Shown here one piece after another: positions 1 through 10,851 of a stretch of DNA of 64,000 nt. Position 1 is the first letter of the stretch, and each line of letters starts with the position of its first letter. The position numbers and the translations under genes are program-made. Under the pieces are notes generated by a model, which was not told the origin of the DNA, did not search any database, and worked only from the letters and a program-made list of their open reading frames with translations. Source of the DNA: Alkalispirochaeta sp. (GTDB taxonomy: Bacteria > Spirochaetota > Spirochaetia > DSM-27196 > Alkalispirochaetaceae); NCBI GenBank assembly GCA_965242725.1, contig CBDESZ010000022.1:64001-128000 (forward strand). The letters run 5' to 3'.

Positions 1-547
1 CCCGCACCTTTTGCGGCGCGTATTCGACTGCCAACGATTTCGTCAGCATGATCACCCCCGCCTTTGATGTATTGTAGTTGGCCTGAAACTGGGGAACATT
101 GACCATCGATCCGGAAATCGACGCGATGTTGATGAGACTGCTTCCATGTCCCATTACGGCGAGCTCGGCACGACAACATGCGTAGACACCCTTCAGGTTG
201 GTATCCATGACTCGGTCCCACGCATCTTCATCGAGATCCTTGAAGGAAATGCTGTTGGCGACGCCGGCGTTATTGACGGCGATATCAAGCCCTCCCAGTT
301 CCGCCACGATGCGGTGGATTCCGTTCCGGACCGAGGAAACGCTGGTGACATCGATTTCCACACCGATCGACGTCGCGGAATAACGCTCCGTCAGATCCGC
401 GGCGACACGGGCAGCGGCGGCGGCGTCACGACCGGTGACCGCAACTGACGCGCCTTTTGATGCAAAGGCTTCGGCGATGCCGTAGCCGATTCCTCGATAT
501 CCGCCGGTGACGATCACCCGTTTTCCGGAAAAATCTAATTCATACAT
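1..547 (-). CDS. SDR family oxidoreductase (partial, runs off the left edge)
   Basis: Manual minus-strand translation from ATG 547: MYELDFSGKRVIVTGGYRGIGYGIA (TGxxxGIG) ... INIASISG ... YNTSKAGV (YxxxK). Not in the ORF track because it is truncated. Confidence 0.9.
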   Translation of the reverse strand, partial: MYELDFSGKRVIVTGGYRGIGYGIAEAFASKGASVAVTGRDAAAAARVAADLTERYSATSIGVEIDVTSVSSVRNGIHRIVAELGGLDIAVNNAGVANSISFKDLDEDAWDRVMDTNLKGVYACCRAELAVMGHGSSLINIASISGSMVNVPQFQANYNTSKAGVIMLTKSLAVEYAPQKVR

Positions 548-599
548 GAGAGAAACAATTGTACACCCCCGGGAACGGAAATGAAATCGCCCCGCCCTC

Positions 600-1461
600 C
601 TATGACATATCCCGGCGCCTGTAGTACGCCGCAAGGGTTCTGTCCAGGAGGATAAACAGAAACAGCGGGACAACCACAAAGAGAAGGGTGAATACCGAGG
701 CGGGGGTACGGTCTCCGCCGGTCAGATAGGGAAAGAGAAAGGTAGTGTACGACTCTACGACACCTCCACCGATGAGAAATATCAGGAAGTACTCTGAAAA
801 GGCGACGAGAAAGACGACGGAGCCGCCGGAAAGGATTGCCGGCCCAAGGAGCGGCAGGTGAATGACCGCCATTCGCCTGAAAAGTGACGCCCCCAGATTT
901 GCGGCACAGGCGTCCATGTCGGGATCGATCCGCTGGAATCCGGCGATGAGGGCGCGGAGCATATTAGGGATACGCCGCCGCCGTCAGGACCAGAACGACT
1001 CCCGGCAGCGTATCGACAAGTCCGATACGGATAAAAAGGAAGTGTATCCCCATTCCGTACGTTATCGCCGGGACGAGGACCGGCGACATGAGAAGGGCTT
1101 CCAGTGCAATACGACCGTGAAACTCATAGCGGGCGAGAACACTGGCAGGAAGCAGGGAGACCAGGAACGAAAGTACCACGGTCGCCGTTGAATACGCGGT
1201 GGACGACAGCAACGATCCGGCGATTTCGCCGCCGTTTTCCAAAAGGAGCAGAACTCCCCGGGCGGTGAACTCCTGGGGAAGCAGCCCCGGATAGGTCCAC
1301 CGCGCGGCGACGGCGTGGATTGCGACGATGATCAGGGGAAGCAGGAAGATCACCGCCATGAGGCCGGCAAAGAGAAGCCACCGTGACGGGCCGGGCTTCC
1401 CCGGAGCGTATGCCTTTGCCCCGCCGGTCCTCCCTTTATCGCGGTCGACCTCTTCCCTCAC
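600..1461 (-). CDS. ABC transporter permease, YnjC C-terminal-half-like (frameshifted at ~964)
   Basis: ORFs 964..1461 and 600..962 join as ...AAYP-Y-MLRALI... if one base is removed at 964-965. Multiple TM segments and an EAA-like loop (ACAANLGAS). Confidence 0.8.
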
Positions 1462-2375
1462 AGCGGCCGCTCCCGTATGGAAAGACGCCGGGCTATACGG
1501 GAATAGACAACGACAAAGGCGATCGCAATCGCCGCAAGCAGCGTCAGCGAGGCCATGGCAATCGAGCGATCCGCGAGAGAGCCCTGAAAATAGAGCGAAT
1601 ACACAGTCATGGGAATCATCTGGGGACGACTTCCATCAAGAAGCCAGGGAATGTCAAAGCCTCCCAGTGCATACAGAAAGAGAATGATGAAGAGTTGATT
1701 CAGCATAGGCCCGAGCATGGGCAATATCACTCTGACAAATGTACGGACCGGTCCCGCTCCAAGCATATACGCCGTCGTGACCATTTGTCCGGGAATGCGC
1801 TCAAGGACACCCAGGGTCAGGAGCATCACGAATGGGAACTCCTTGTACACGTAGGCCATGATGATCCCCACGCCGTTCCGTGAGTAGAGGAGCTGTGGAA
1901 AGTCTTCGATTGCCGAGGTAACACCCAGATGGTACGACAGAGACGCGATGATGCCGGTCCGGGACCAGAGCAGCATGACGATATATGCGACGACGATGTG
2001 GGGAAGGATGATGGGTACCCGATAGATCACCCCGACGGAACGCACCCAATCGGGAGCTCGCCACAACAGGTACGCGCCGACGGCGCCCGTTCCCACCGCG
2101 ATCAGGGCCGAAACGCATGCGACATAGAGGGTATACAGAATGGACGCAAGCAGCTCCGGACGCATGAAAAGCTCACGGTATCCATACCATACGCTCATGC
2201 TGCCACGGTCCGGGTTAAGCGCGGGAGGTCCTGCAAGCCCCAATGACTGCAGCGCTCCATGGAGGAGTCCCGCGCCGACGGTGGCGGCAAAGAACAACAC
2301 CAACGGCAGGAGACGCAGCAGAATCCCCAGACGCTGCTTTCGGTCCGCAGGGAGGCGGCGACGAAACTCTCCCAC
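1458..2375 (-). CDS. ABC transporter permease, YnjC N-terminal-half-like
   Basis: Hydrophobic ORF with YVYKEFPF and an EAA-like loop (TAYMLGAG). 4-bp overlap with the next permease. Confidence 0.85.
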   Translation of the reverse strand: MGEFRRRLPADRKQRLGILLRLLPLVLFFAATVGAGLLHGALQSLGLAGPPALNPDRGSMSVWYGYRELFMRPELLASILYTLYVACVSALIAVGTGAVGAYLLWRAPDWVRSVGVIYRVPIILPHIVVAYIVMLLWSRTGIIASLSYHLGVTSAIEDFPQLLYSRNGVGIIMAYVYKEFPFVMLLTLGVLERIPGQMVTTAYMLGAGPVRTFVRVILPMLGPMLNQLFIILFLYALGGFDIPWLLDGSRPQMIPMTVYSLYFQGSLADRSIAMASLTLLAAIAIAFVVVYSRIARRLSIRERPL

Positions 2376-2379
2376 GGCA

Positions 2380-3628
2380 CTACTTCAGACGGACGTGCCG
2401 GTCCCACCCGGCTTCCAGCGCTTCCCAATACTCCGAAGGGATTTCCGGAACTCCATACCGGTCAAATTCCGATGGCGGGACCGTGGCCTCTCCCAACCGG
2501 AGACTCGCAAAAAGGGCCTGATCCTCCTCGGGAAGACGGTCCAGAGAGAGCACGGTAAAGTCGCCCCAGTTTTCTACACGATTCTTGGAATACTGTGCCT
2601 CCGGCGACAGGAGGAAGTTAGAGAGGGACGATCGCCCCTGCGGGATTCGGCGCGTTGAATGGAATTGCGGTGAAATGGGTATTGAAGAGCGATCCGTCGG
2701 TCATTACGAAGGACGTGACGGACGCGGGATATCGACCGTTGGCAATGCGGGTGGCGGCGGTCGTCTGGGTGAAGGACATCGTAAAGTCCACCTCGCCGCG
2801 CTCAAAGAGGGCATCCAGGTTTGCCAGGTCCCGGGGATAACTGTTCCCCTCCTGCCACAGGTACGGTTCCAGGGCATTGAGGTAGTCCCATAATGCCGGT
2901 ACCTTCGCCTCGTAGAGGTCACGGTCGAAGCCGTCGATGTACTGTGCATAGCCTCCGGTACGCGCATAAAAGGCCTGCCGGATAAAGGCGGAACCGGTGA
3001 AGTCCGGCGGCTGGGGATAGGTGAAACGCCCAGGGTTTTCCTTGACCCATGAAAGAAGGTCGGCAAAATCGGTGGGATACTCGGGAACCCTGGCGGTATC
3101 CACAACCATGTTGAACTGCGCCCGTCCCCAGGGCGCTTCATACCCTTCTACGGGAAATCCCGCATCCGTCGCGACCGTCGAGGGATCGACGTACTTGCGG
3201 TAATTGGGAAGCAGATCGACAAACGGTCCGAGAAGAAGACCTCCCTCCCTGGCGATGCGAAAGTTCTCACCGTTAATCCATACGAGATCGATCGTACCGA
3301 CCTCCCGCCCCGCCTGCTTTTCCGTCAGAAGTTTGTTGATGAACAGAGACGCGTCCATCGGTATCCGCCGGAGTTCAATGCCGTAACGGGACTGCATTTC
3401 CTCCGTCACATATCCGTCGATCCATCGGTTCACCGTATCGGAACCGCCCCACATGTAGAACCGGACCTCCCTTCCCCGGGCGTCCGCCGTTATTTCATCA
3501 AAGGACCGGGACAGAATCTCTCCGGACGCTGTTTCCTGCGTTCCCGTCGCCCCAACGTGAACGTGCGTCTTCGGAAGGAGAAGCAGAAAAAACGCCAGAA
3601 CGGCTACGGGATAAAGTGATCCCTTCAT
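2380..3628 (-). CDS. ABC transporter substrate-binding protein, YnjB-like (frameshifted at ~2626)
   Basis: Motifs FYMWGGS, DLVWINGENF, GRFTYPQPPDFTGSAF, HFTAIPFNA. Removing one base at GGG 2625-2627 restores the C-terminus VLSNFLLSPEAQ...WGDFTVL...GWDRHVRLK*, ending at 2380. Confidence 0.85.
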
Positions 3629-4350
3629 GGAACCTCCTGAATCGATTTGAAAATCCTCGCGACTTCGGTGTTTTCCGGATTCCGTCGGATATCGGTGTAC
3701 GACGCCACTTGATGGAGGCGTCCGTCGATAATGACGCCGATTCGATCCGAAACCGCTCCCGCTTCTTCAAGGTCGTGGGACACAAGCACCGTCGTCACGC
3801 CAAGTTCTCTCTGCAGGGAACGTATGAATCGCGCGGTATCCCCCTTGAGATTCTTGTCGAGATTTGCAAAGGGTTCATCAAGGAGCAGCAGTGCGGGTTC
3901 CATCACCAGAGCCCGTGCCAGAGCGACGCGCTGCTTTTGCCCGCCCGAGAGCTGGGCGGGCCATACCTCCGCTTTGTCCCCGATGCCAAGGTGGTTGAGG
4001 TACCGGCAGACGCGGTCTTTCACATCGGAACGTTCAAGTTGAAGGTGACGACGGCGGGAGCGTAATCCGAACGCGACGTTTTCAAACACCGTCATATGGG
4101 GAAAGAGAAGATAGTCCTGAAAGACGAGAATTGCCGGGTGGTCCCGGGAAACGGGCTCCCACCGTTCGATCGTTCCCGCGGTTGGCTGATCGATACCCGC
4201 GAGCAGTTTGAGCAGGGTCGTCTTGCCGCTCCCCGACGGTCCAACGAAGGATATCAACTCACCCTCAAAGATGGTTACATTGATATCCGAAAGGGCCGAG
4301 AAATCGCCGAAACGACGTGAAATCCCATGAAGATGCATGTACCTCTTCAT
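3625..4350 (-). CDS. ABC transporter ATP-binding protein (YnjD-like)
   Basis: Walker A GPSGSGKTT, signature LSGGQ, Walker B LLLLDEPF. Start uncertain (4338/4350/4368). Confidence 0.9.
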   Translation of the reverse strand: MKRYMHLHGISRRFGDFSALSDINVTIFEGELISFVGPSGSGKTTLLKLLAGIDQPTAGTIERWEPVSRDHPAILVFQDYLLFPHMTVFENVAFGLRSRRRHLQLERSDVKDRVCRYLNHLGIGDKAEVWPAQLSGGQKQRVALARALVMEPALLLLDEPFANLDKNLKGDTARFIRSLQRELGVTTVLVSHDLEEAGAVSDRIGVIIDGRLHQVASYTDIRRNPENTEVARIFKSIQEVP

Positions 4351-4403
4351 CACCACTGCAAACATCACAAAAAATCGCTACTGTGTCTATCGGAGGTGTA
4401 AAA

Positions 4404-5030
4404 ATGCTTGACCAGGTAACCCGTTCCCTGAAGGATAGCCTCCTCACTCCCCTTGAACGGGTTATTCCTCACGGTCTGCACCCCGACACCATTACGTGGG
4501 TTTCGCTCATTCCCGGACTTGCAGCGGCACTCCTCGCGGGCGTCGGACTCACCGGCTGGGCGGTTGCGGCCTTTGTGGCAAACCGCATTCTCGACGGACT
4601 GGACGGACTGCTTGCCCGGCGGCGACATCTGCAGTCCGATTTCGGCGGGTATCTCGATATCATTGTCGACTTTGTCGTCTATGCCGCCATACCGATCGGC
4701 GTATGGTACGGCGCGGCGGGCGGCGCCGGCGCCCTTCCCCTTGTCCTGCTCCTTTCGGTCTTCTATGTGAACGGCGCGTCGTGGATGTACCTTTCGGCGG
4801 TTCTTGAAAAGCGGCGTCCGAAAGACGGCGAACCATCGTCGTCCCGGCGCAGCGAGCATACAACCGTAACGATGCCCCGCGGAGTTGTTGAAGGAACGGA
4901 AACGGTCATTTTCTTCACGCTCTTTTTGCTCATACCGCGGTTGTACGTGCTTCTGTTTTCAATCATGACCGCCCTGACCGCCGCCGGAGTTGTACAACGA
5001 CTGGTATGGGCGTATCGAAACATACGATGA
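4404..5030 (+). CDS. CDP-alcohol phosphatidyltransferase family protein (YnjF-like)
   Basis: Motif DGLDGLLARR..SDFGGYLDIIVD and YnjF-like EGTET. GGAGG upstream of ATG 4404. Confidence 0.85.
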   Translation: MLDQVTRSLKDSLLTPLERVIPHGLHPDTITWVSLIPGLAAALLAGVGLTGWAVAAFVANRILDGLDGLLARRRHLQSDFGGYLDIIVDFVVYAAIPIGVWYGAAGGAGALPLVLLLSVFYVNGASWMYLSAVLEKRRPKDGEPSSSRRSEHTTVTMPRGVVEGTETVIFFTLFLLIPRLYVLLFSIMTALTAAGVVQRLVWAYRNIR

Positions 5031-5148
5031 ACAACTCAATGGACCGGACCCGTATCGGCGCGGCGGGGAGTACACCGGGCAGGGCAGAGATCGCGATACC
5101 TTGCGTCCTCCGCCGTATGGCGATACGGTAGAAATACGGGGGAAAACA

Positions 5149-5989
5149 ATGTCCATACAACGTGTTGTAGTGACGGGAAGCGAAGGCAAGGCGGGACGCC
5201 ATGTGGTAAGCCACCTGAAGGCAGAGGGGTACGAGGTACTGAGAGTCGACCTCGCAGCTCCCCTGGACGCGGCCGATCATTCGGTACGCCGCGCTGACCT
5301 TACCGATCTTGGCCAGACGATGGAGGTTCTTCACGGAGCGGACGGCGTCGTCCATCTGGCGGCGATACCTGCACCCTACATGGTTACCGACGCCGAGACG
5401 TTCCGCATCAATACAATTTCGACCTACAACGTCTTTTCCGCCGCCGCAACATTGGGACTTCGGCGCGTCGTCTGGGGCGTCCAGCGAGACGACACTGGGG
5501 TTGCCTTTCGACAGACCACCCGATTACGCACCTGTGGATGAGAACCACACCTATCCCGAGTCGTCATACGCGTTATCCAAGGTCGTCTCGGAGGAAATTG
5601 CCCGCCAGTTCTCCCGGTGGCGGGATATCCCGATCGTCGGATTACGACTTTCAAATATCATCACCCCCGACGAGTACGTCCTGTTCCGGGAATTCCAGGA
5701 CGATCCTGCGATGCGGAAATGGAATCTCTGGGGATATGTAGATGTCCGCGACGTGGCACAGGGCTGTCGCAGGGCCCTTGAGGCGAAGGTCGTCGGCGCC
5801 CGGAATTACATAATTGCCGCCGCCGATACCGTGATGAACCGGCCCAGCGCCCGACTTATGGAGGAAGTGTTTCCACAGGTGCGGATTACCAGACAACTGG
5901 ATACCCATGAAACGCTGCTCTCCATCGACCGCGCACGGACCGAACTGGGTTACCATCCGGAATACAGCTGGCGGGATTCACTGACCTGA
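5149..5989 (+). CDS. NAD-dependent epimerase/dehydratase (frameshifted at ~5475)
   Basis: VVVTGSEGKAG, VVHLAAIP, YALSK. The frames join as VVWASSET if one G is removed from GGGG 5474-5477. Confidence 0.85.
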
Positions 5990-6068
5990 CTGTCAGGCTC
6001 TCTTTTCAAATCCGCTGCTTCGGGATTTGCGCTGTTTTCGGGTATTCTCATTGTATGTGCACATAAAG

Positions 6069-6097
6069 TTGACGCCACGCCTGCGGTGATGTAGCTT
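6069..6097 (+). promoter_or_regulatory. sigma70-like promoter, probably giving a leaderless mRNA
   Basis: TTGACG-N17-TAGCTT, ending 7 nt before ATG 6105. No SD sequence. Confidence 0.55.
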
Positions 6098-6104
6098 TCA
6101 CGAC

Positions 6105-6848
6105 ATGAACCGTGAACGCCTTCTCCGGGGTGTCCTTCTCGCCGCTATCACAGGTACGGCGATCACCGTCGCCATACGGTATGATGCGCCGGCCCTCCTG
6201 CGACAGCTCCTCGAATGGGTGGACACTCAGGGGATGCGGGGCATACTTGTCTTTATCGCCGCGTATGTGGGAGCTACGATCCTCTTCGTTCCCGGAAGTA
6301 TTCTCACCCTCGGGGCGGGATTTGTATTCGGCGTGACGGGGGGGACGGTTGCGGTCTCCATTGCGTCTACGCTGGGTGCATTGGGGGCATTTCTCGTCGG
6401 ACGCTATATAGCACGGGGGTGGGTTGCCGCAAAAACGGCGGGCAATCCCCGATTTGCCTCGATTGATGACGCGGTCGGCCGGGAGGGATGGAAGATCGTC
6501 CTCCTTACCCGCCTTTCACCGGTCTTTCCATTCAACATGCTGAATTACGCCTACGGCCTTACCAAGGTGTCCGTTACGTCGTATTTTTTCGCATCATGGA
6601 TCGGCATGCTGCCGGGTACCCTGATGTACGTCTACTTCGGGTCGGTAGCCGCCAATCTCGCGACGATAGGTGGCGCAGCCGCCGACAGGGGCGCCGCCCA
6701 ATGGATCGTCTACGGTATCGGACTGCTTGCGACGGTCGGCGTCACCGTTTTTATTACCCGCCTCGCACGACAGGCGTTAAAAAAAACGCTTCCCGATACC
6801 GCGCCGGCAGTCACAACTCCGACGGAGCCGGAGAAGGCCCATGAATAA
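6105..6848 (+). CDS. TVP38/TMEM64 (DedA superfamily, YdjX/YdjZ-like) membrane protein
   Basis: PGSILTLGAGFVFG, LLTRLSPVFPFNMLNYAYGLT, GMLPGT. Confidence 0.9.
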   Translation: MNRERLLRGVLLAAITGTAITVAIRYDAPALLRQLLEWVDTQGMRGILVFIAAYVGATILFVPGSILTLGAGFVFGVTGGTVAVSIASTLGALGAFLVGRYIARGWVAAKTAGNPRFASIDDAVGREGWKIVLLTRLSPVFPFNMLNYAYGLTKVSVTSYFFASWIGMLPGTLMYVYFGSVAANLATIGGAAADRGAAQWIVYGIGLLATVGVTVFITRLARQALKKTLPDTAPAVTTPTEPEKAHE

Positions 6849-6872
6849 CCGGTACCGTCCGGTACGACAGGT

Positions 6873-7232
6873 TCACTTCATTTCTTCAATCGAAATTTCG
6901 ACACCCGCCTCGGACCACTTGTCCGGTTGAAATCCGACGACAAATCCGCCTTGTGCGGTGATGAGGACGGGGAAAATAAGCCCTCGGGGCGGAACCATAT
7001 CCTTGAGCCCGCGTAAAAAGGGGCCGCGCACCGCCTGGGGGAGCGTGTCGAGGTCCACATATCCAAAGGCCACTCCCTTTTCCTTCAGTACTTTTTCAAC
7101 CTTGTGGCACACACCGCACTGTGTCAGGCCGACGATGAGCACCTCTTTGGGATCGTCGTCGGCTCGCGGCCCGGCGCCTTCGGTAAAGGTAAAATCTACG
7201 TCCTCCAGTCCTGCAATCTCTCGGTATGCCAT
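6873..7232 (-). CDS. Glutaredoxin-like protein
   Basis: CGVC (CxxC), cis-Pro-like FPVL, VVGF..DKW. Confidence 0.75.
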   Translation of the reverse strand: MAYREIAGLEDVDFTFTEGAGPRADDDPKEVLIVGLTQCGVCHKVEKVLKEKGVAFGYVDLDTLPQAVRGPFLRGLKDMVPPRGLIFPVLITAQGGFVVGFQPDKWSEAGVEISIEEMK

Positions 7233-7274
7233 ACGACCAGTGTACAACATGCCGCTCGCCTTTGCCGGAGTCCG

Positions 7275-8126
7275 CTACGCCCGGCCGTCCCGTTCCACCT
7301 CTTCAACCAGGGCGGAAAGGGCTTCACCGGCATTGTCACGTATGGAAATGGTCGCCGACGGTGAGAGGGGCGTTTCCCCTGGATTAATTTCCACCACCGG
7401 TACACCTGCCCGGACGGCGAGTTCCGGCAACATCGCTGCGGGATAGACAATCGAGGATGTACCGATACTGAAAAGGAGGTCCGCCGCTTCCGTTGCGGAA
7501 AAGGCCCGGTGGATCGCCTCCTCGGGAAGACTCTCGCCAAACCACACTACGTCCGGCCGAAGGTAGTCGCCGCACACCGGGCAGCGGGGAACCTCCCTGA
7601 TGAGCACCGACCCCTTGGCTCCGACGGCGTCGGAAGAATCTTCCGACACTTTCGTCGTATTCGACGCACGGTGGTCCCAGGCAAACACCGCGCGCGCCTC
7701 CGGCGACGGATCACCGGATTCGTAGGAAATGCAATTGTGGAAACAACGAACCCTGAGGATGTTGCCGTGGAGCTCCACCACATTGCGGCTCCCCGCCCGT
7801 CGGTGCAGACCGTCCACATTCTGGGTGATGAGGGTGAAATCCGAAAGGAGACGCTCAAGTGTCGCCAGGGCGACATGGCCGCGATTGGGGGTGACGGAAC
7901 TGACCATGGATCGCCGCCAGGCGTACCAGCTCCACACGGTGCGGGGATCACGACGGAACGCTTCCGGCGTCGCCAGGTCCTCCGGCCTGTAGCGCTCCCA
8001 CAGACCCGTCTGGGCGTCCCGAAACGTGGGAATTCCACTTTCCGCCGATACCCCAGCTCCGGTGAGCACAACGACGCGACGGCTCGTCCGGATCAGTTCA
8101 GCAACCTGTTTCAGCTCGTTCATCAC
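7275..8126 (-). CDS. cobB: NAD-dependent protein deacylase (sirtuin, class III)
   Basis: GAGVSAESGIPTFR, YxxR, TQNVDGLH, ELHG, RPDVVWFGE, GTSSIVYPAA. Confidence 0.92.
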   Translation of the reverse strand: MMNELKQVAELIRTSRRVVVLTGAGVSAESGIPTFRDAQTGLWERYRPEDLATPEAFRRDPRTVWSWYAWRRSMVSSVTPNRGHVALATLERLLSDFTLITQNVDGLHRRAGSRNVVELHGNILRVRCFHNCISYESGDPSPEARAVFAWDHRASNTTKVSEDSSDAVGAKGSVLIREVPRCPVCGDYLRPDVVWFGESLPEEAIHRAFSATEAADLLFSIGTSSIVYPAAMLPELAVRAGVPVVEINPGETPLSPSATISIRDNAGEALSALVEEVERDGRA

Positions 8127-8254
8127 ACGCTCCCGTTCCCGACGGTATCGATCGCCGGATCTTCCCGCCGGGGATGGCGGTCAGGCGGATCGTCATTGAG
8201 ACCACCTCCCAATAGATACCATAAAACGGAGCGCTTCGGTTATACTTATGGGCT

Positions 8255-9127
8255 ATGGAGACCGTCGAGAGCATTCAAAGGAAGATCGAGCATCGATTTA
8301 ACGACTTGAGCACCGCCGAACGCCGCGTCGCCCGGGCCATGCTCGTAAACTACCCGCTTTCCGGTCTGGAAACGATCGCCACCGTCGCGGAACGGGCAAA
8401 TGTCAGCGATCCGACGGTGCTTCGTTTTATTGCAAAACTCGGTTTTAAACGGTACATCGACTTTCAAACGGCGATCAAGCAGGAACTTGATCAGCGCATG
8501 CAGGGTCCCCTGGGAATCCGCTCCGCCGCTCCCGGCTCCCAGACCGACCTCCAGAGCTACCTGAATACCTTCCATCAGGCTATTACAAAGAACGTGGAGG
8601 AGACCTTTCACGGTATTTCAAATGCCGAGTTTGAAGGCGTTCTGAACGTCCTTATGGATCTGAAGAAACAGATCCATCTGGTAGGAGGCCAGTTTACCGA
8701 CTCCGTCGCGCGATACCTCTATTTCCACCTCCGCAAAATGCGTCCCCAGGTGCATTTGATTCAGGGGCAGGGTCCCAGCAGAATCGACCACCTCCTGGAC
8801 CTCGGAAAGAAGGACGCACTCATCGTCTTTGATGTCCGAAGGTATCAGCCGGATATTGTGGAGTTTGCCGCCAGGGCATCGGAAAAGGTGGGAGCCCTCA
8901 TCGTCATTACCGACCAGTGGCTCTCACCGGCCGCCAAATATGCGGGGTACGTTCTCTCCTGCTGCGTCACTTCGGTCAGCCGCTGGGACAGCCTCGTCGG
9001 CATGACCGCGCTGATCGAAGCGCTCATGTCCTATTTTGCGGAACAACACTGGCAGGAAATACAGCCGCGCCTCGCCGCGCTTGAGGAGATCCGCAATGAT
9101 ATCGACTCCAGCCAGTATCTGGAATAA
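8255..9127 (+). CDS. MurR/RpiR family transcriptional regulator
   Basis: N-terminal HTH (VAERANVSDPTVLRFIAKLGF) followed by a SIS domain. Confidence 0.9.
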   Translation: METVESIQRKIEHRFNDLSTAERRVARAMLVNYPLSGLETIATVAERANVSDPTVLRFIAKLGFKRYIDFQTAIKQELDQRMQGPLGIRSAAPGSQTDLQSYLNTFHQAITKNVEETFHGISNAEFEGVLNVLMDLKKQIHLVGGQFTDSVARYLYFHLRKMRPQVHLIQGQGPSRIDHLLDLGKKDALIVFDVRRYQPDIVEFAARASEKVGALIVITDQWLSPAAKYAGYVLSCCVTSVSRWDSLVGMTALIEALMSYFAEQHWQEIQPRLAALEEIRNDIDSSQYLE

Positions 9128-9354
9128 CGGTAGTATTCAGAAGCCTGTTGATAATCCTTGTCTAACTCTCTCTGTGAAAGTGATTAATTGCCGAAAGAGG
9201 TGCCTGGAGAGAATAATTCCTCCCGGCGCAGACAGTTACGAAAAAAAATCAACACTCTTCTCAATACTCGAATGAGGAGGCCGCGCCGGCGCAGTCCCGA
9301 CACCTACCGACGTACGCCGGGCGTCCCCCTCCAACCGCAATAACGCGGGCGACC

Positions 9355-10740
9355 CTACTTCGACTCGGGGTCGGTCATGCCCACGGCTTCTTCAAACTCA
9401 ATGCCCGTCTTGATTCGCGATTTTGAATAGCCCTGGTAGATCAGAACCAGGACGGCGGTACCGACGATAACATAGACGATGGCTATCGGATCGCTGGAAA
9501 AGACCATATACATCGTTGCAAGGACGCCCAGGAAGGCGACGACAAACAGTGCGGGCCGTATCCGTGCCGGCAGTTTCCACTGCAACTGCTCCCATTCACG
9601 GGGAAACTTCTGCTTGTATTTCACCGCCGCCATGAGGGTGATAAACCAGCAGACGATACCGACGCCGACACCGGTCATGCTGATCGTGACGTATGCCGCG
9701 GAAAGGGCGCCCCAGTTGCCCATAATAATCAGGGCAACGCCGATCGCCCAGGAAATGAGTATGGTGACCCAGGGAACGCGCGTCTTTTTTGTAAGCTTTG
9801 TAAAAGAGGGAGGGAGTGCCCCTTCCTGTGCCATTCCGTAGAGCAGCCGCGAAGCGGCGTACATTTCCGCGACAAGACACGTCACCGTCGCAACCCACGC
9901 CGCGAAGTTCATGATGAGTCCCGCATAGTTGCCCCATACCTGCGCCGCCGAATAGGTAAACGGAGACTCAAGGGCGGCAAACTCGGAGTACTTCACCAGT
10001 CCCACCATGACCAGCATGGAACTTGTATAAATCACTAGAAACGTGATGAACGCCCAGAACATCGCCTTCGGAAGAACCCGTGCATCCTTCAGCTCTTCAC
10101 CGGTGGTCAACAGTGCCAGGGGTCCCATGTAGGCATAGAGACCGAGGCCCGTGGCCGCCATGAAACCGGTAAAACCGTACGGAACGAGAGGCTGATAATT
10201 TGCCGGGTCGATCCGCCCGCTTACGAGGCCGGAAACTGCGAAGAGGAGCATCACGGCGGTCAGGATTGCCACCAGGACAAACTGAGCCTTTCCCGCCAGC
10301 TCCGCCCCGGACAAGCTTATCGCCATGATGGCGGTCAAGAGGAGTACGGACCAAATCACCGCCGAGAGGGTGGTATTGTCGGTCCATTGAAAGAAGTAGT
10401 TGCTGACGATCCCCGCAGCGATGGATACCGAGCCAAGGAAGGTGATATTCATCAGCGTGTATGACAGCCCGGCAACGGTGCCATATCCCGGCCCCTGAAT
10501 GCGACGGCTCCACAAATGGATCGATCCCGCCGTAGGCATTCCAATCGCGAGTTCACACATTGTCATCATGATGACCATCATCACGACACCGGCGACCAGA
10601 TAGGAGAATGCCGCGGAAGGCCCGGCAACGGAAACGCCCTGGCCGACCAGATAAAAAATGCCGTCACCGACCACCGCGCCGACTCCGATTGCCCAGACGT
10701 GCCAAAATGTCATTTTTCTCATCAGTCCAGAATCTGCCAT
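9355..10740 (-). CDS. APC family amino acid/amine permease
   Basis: About 12 TM segments; GAVVGDGIF, ELAIGMPTAG, SRLLYGMAQEG. GGAGG SD. Confidence 0.9.
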   Translation of the reverse strand: MADSGLMRKMTFWHVWAIGVGAVVGDGIFYLVGQGVSVAGPSAAFSYLVAGVVMMVIMMTMCELAIGMPTAGSIHLWSRRIQGPGYGTVAGLSYTLMNITFLGSVSIAAGIVSNYFFQWTDNTTLSAVIWSVLLLTAIMAISLSGAELAGKAQFVLVAILTAVMLLFAVSGLVSGRIDPANYQPLVPYGFTGFMAATGLGLYAYMGPLALLTTGEELKDARVLPKAMFWAFITFLVIYTSSMLVMVGLVKYSEFAALESPFTYSAAQVWGNYAGLIMNFAAWVATVTCLVAEMYAASRLLYGMAQEGALPPSFTKLTKKTRVPWVTILISWAIGVALIIMGNWGALSAAYVTISMTGVGVGIVCWFITLMAAVKYKQKFPREWEQLQWKLPARIRPALFVVAFLGVLATMYMVFSSDPIAIVYVIVGTAVLVLIYQGYSKSRIKTGIEFEEAVGMTDPESK

Positions 10741-10780
10741 TCCTTGTACCTCCCCCGTCGATTTGAAATATTCTCGTTTT

Positions 10781-10820
10781 AGTGTAGCCGGGATACTCCA
10801 GCTGTCAAGTAAAAATTACA
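10781..10820 (-). promoter_or_regulatory. sigma70-like promoter of the APC permease with an adjacent imperfect operator
   Basis: Minus strand TTGACA(10808-10803)-N16-TACACT(10786-10781). TGTAATTTTTACT (10820-10808) abuts the -35. Confidence 0.55.
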
Positions 10821-10851
10821 ATTATTCAATATTATGATTTTTAAGTAATTT

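Noticed and set aside
6841..6930. ATG with an SD overlapping the TVP38 stop, a possible remnant of a lost gene
   Set aside because: Only 29 codons, running into the antisense of the glutaredoxin gene, with no recognisable homology.
9128..9354. Intergenic stretch with GGAGAG/GCCGAA and a hairpin, superficially like a glycine riboswitch
   Set aside because: The motif order is wrong and it lies between two convergent 3' ends.
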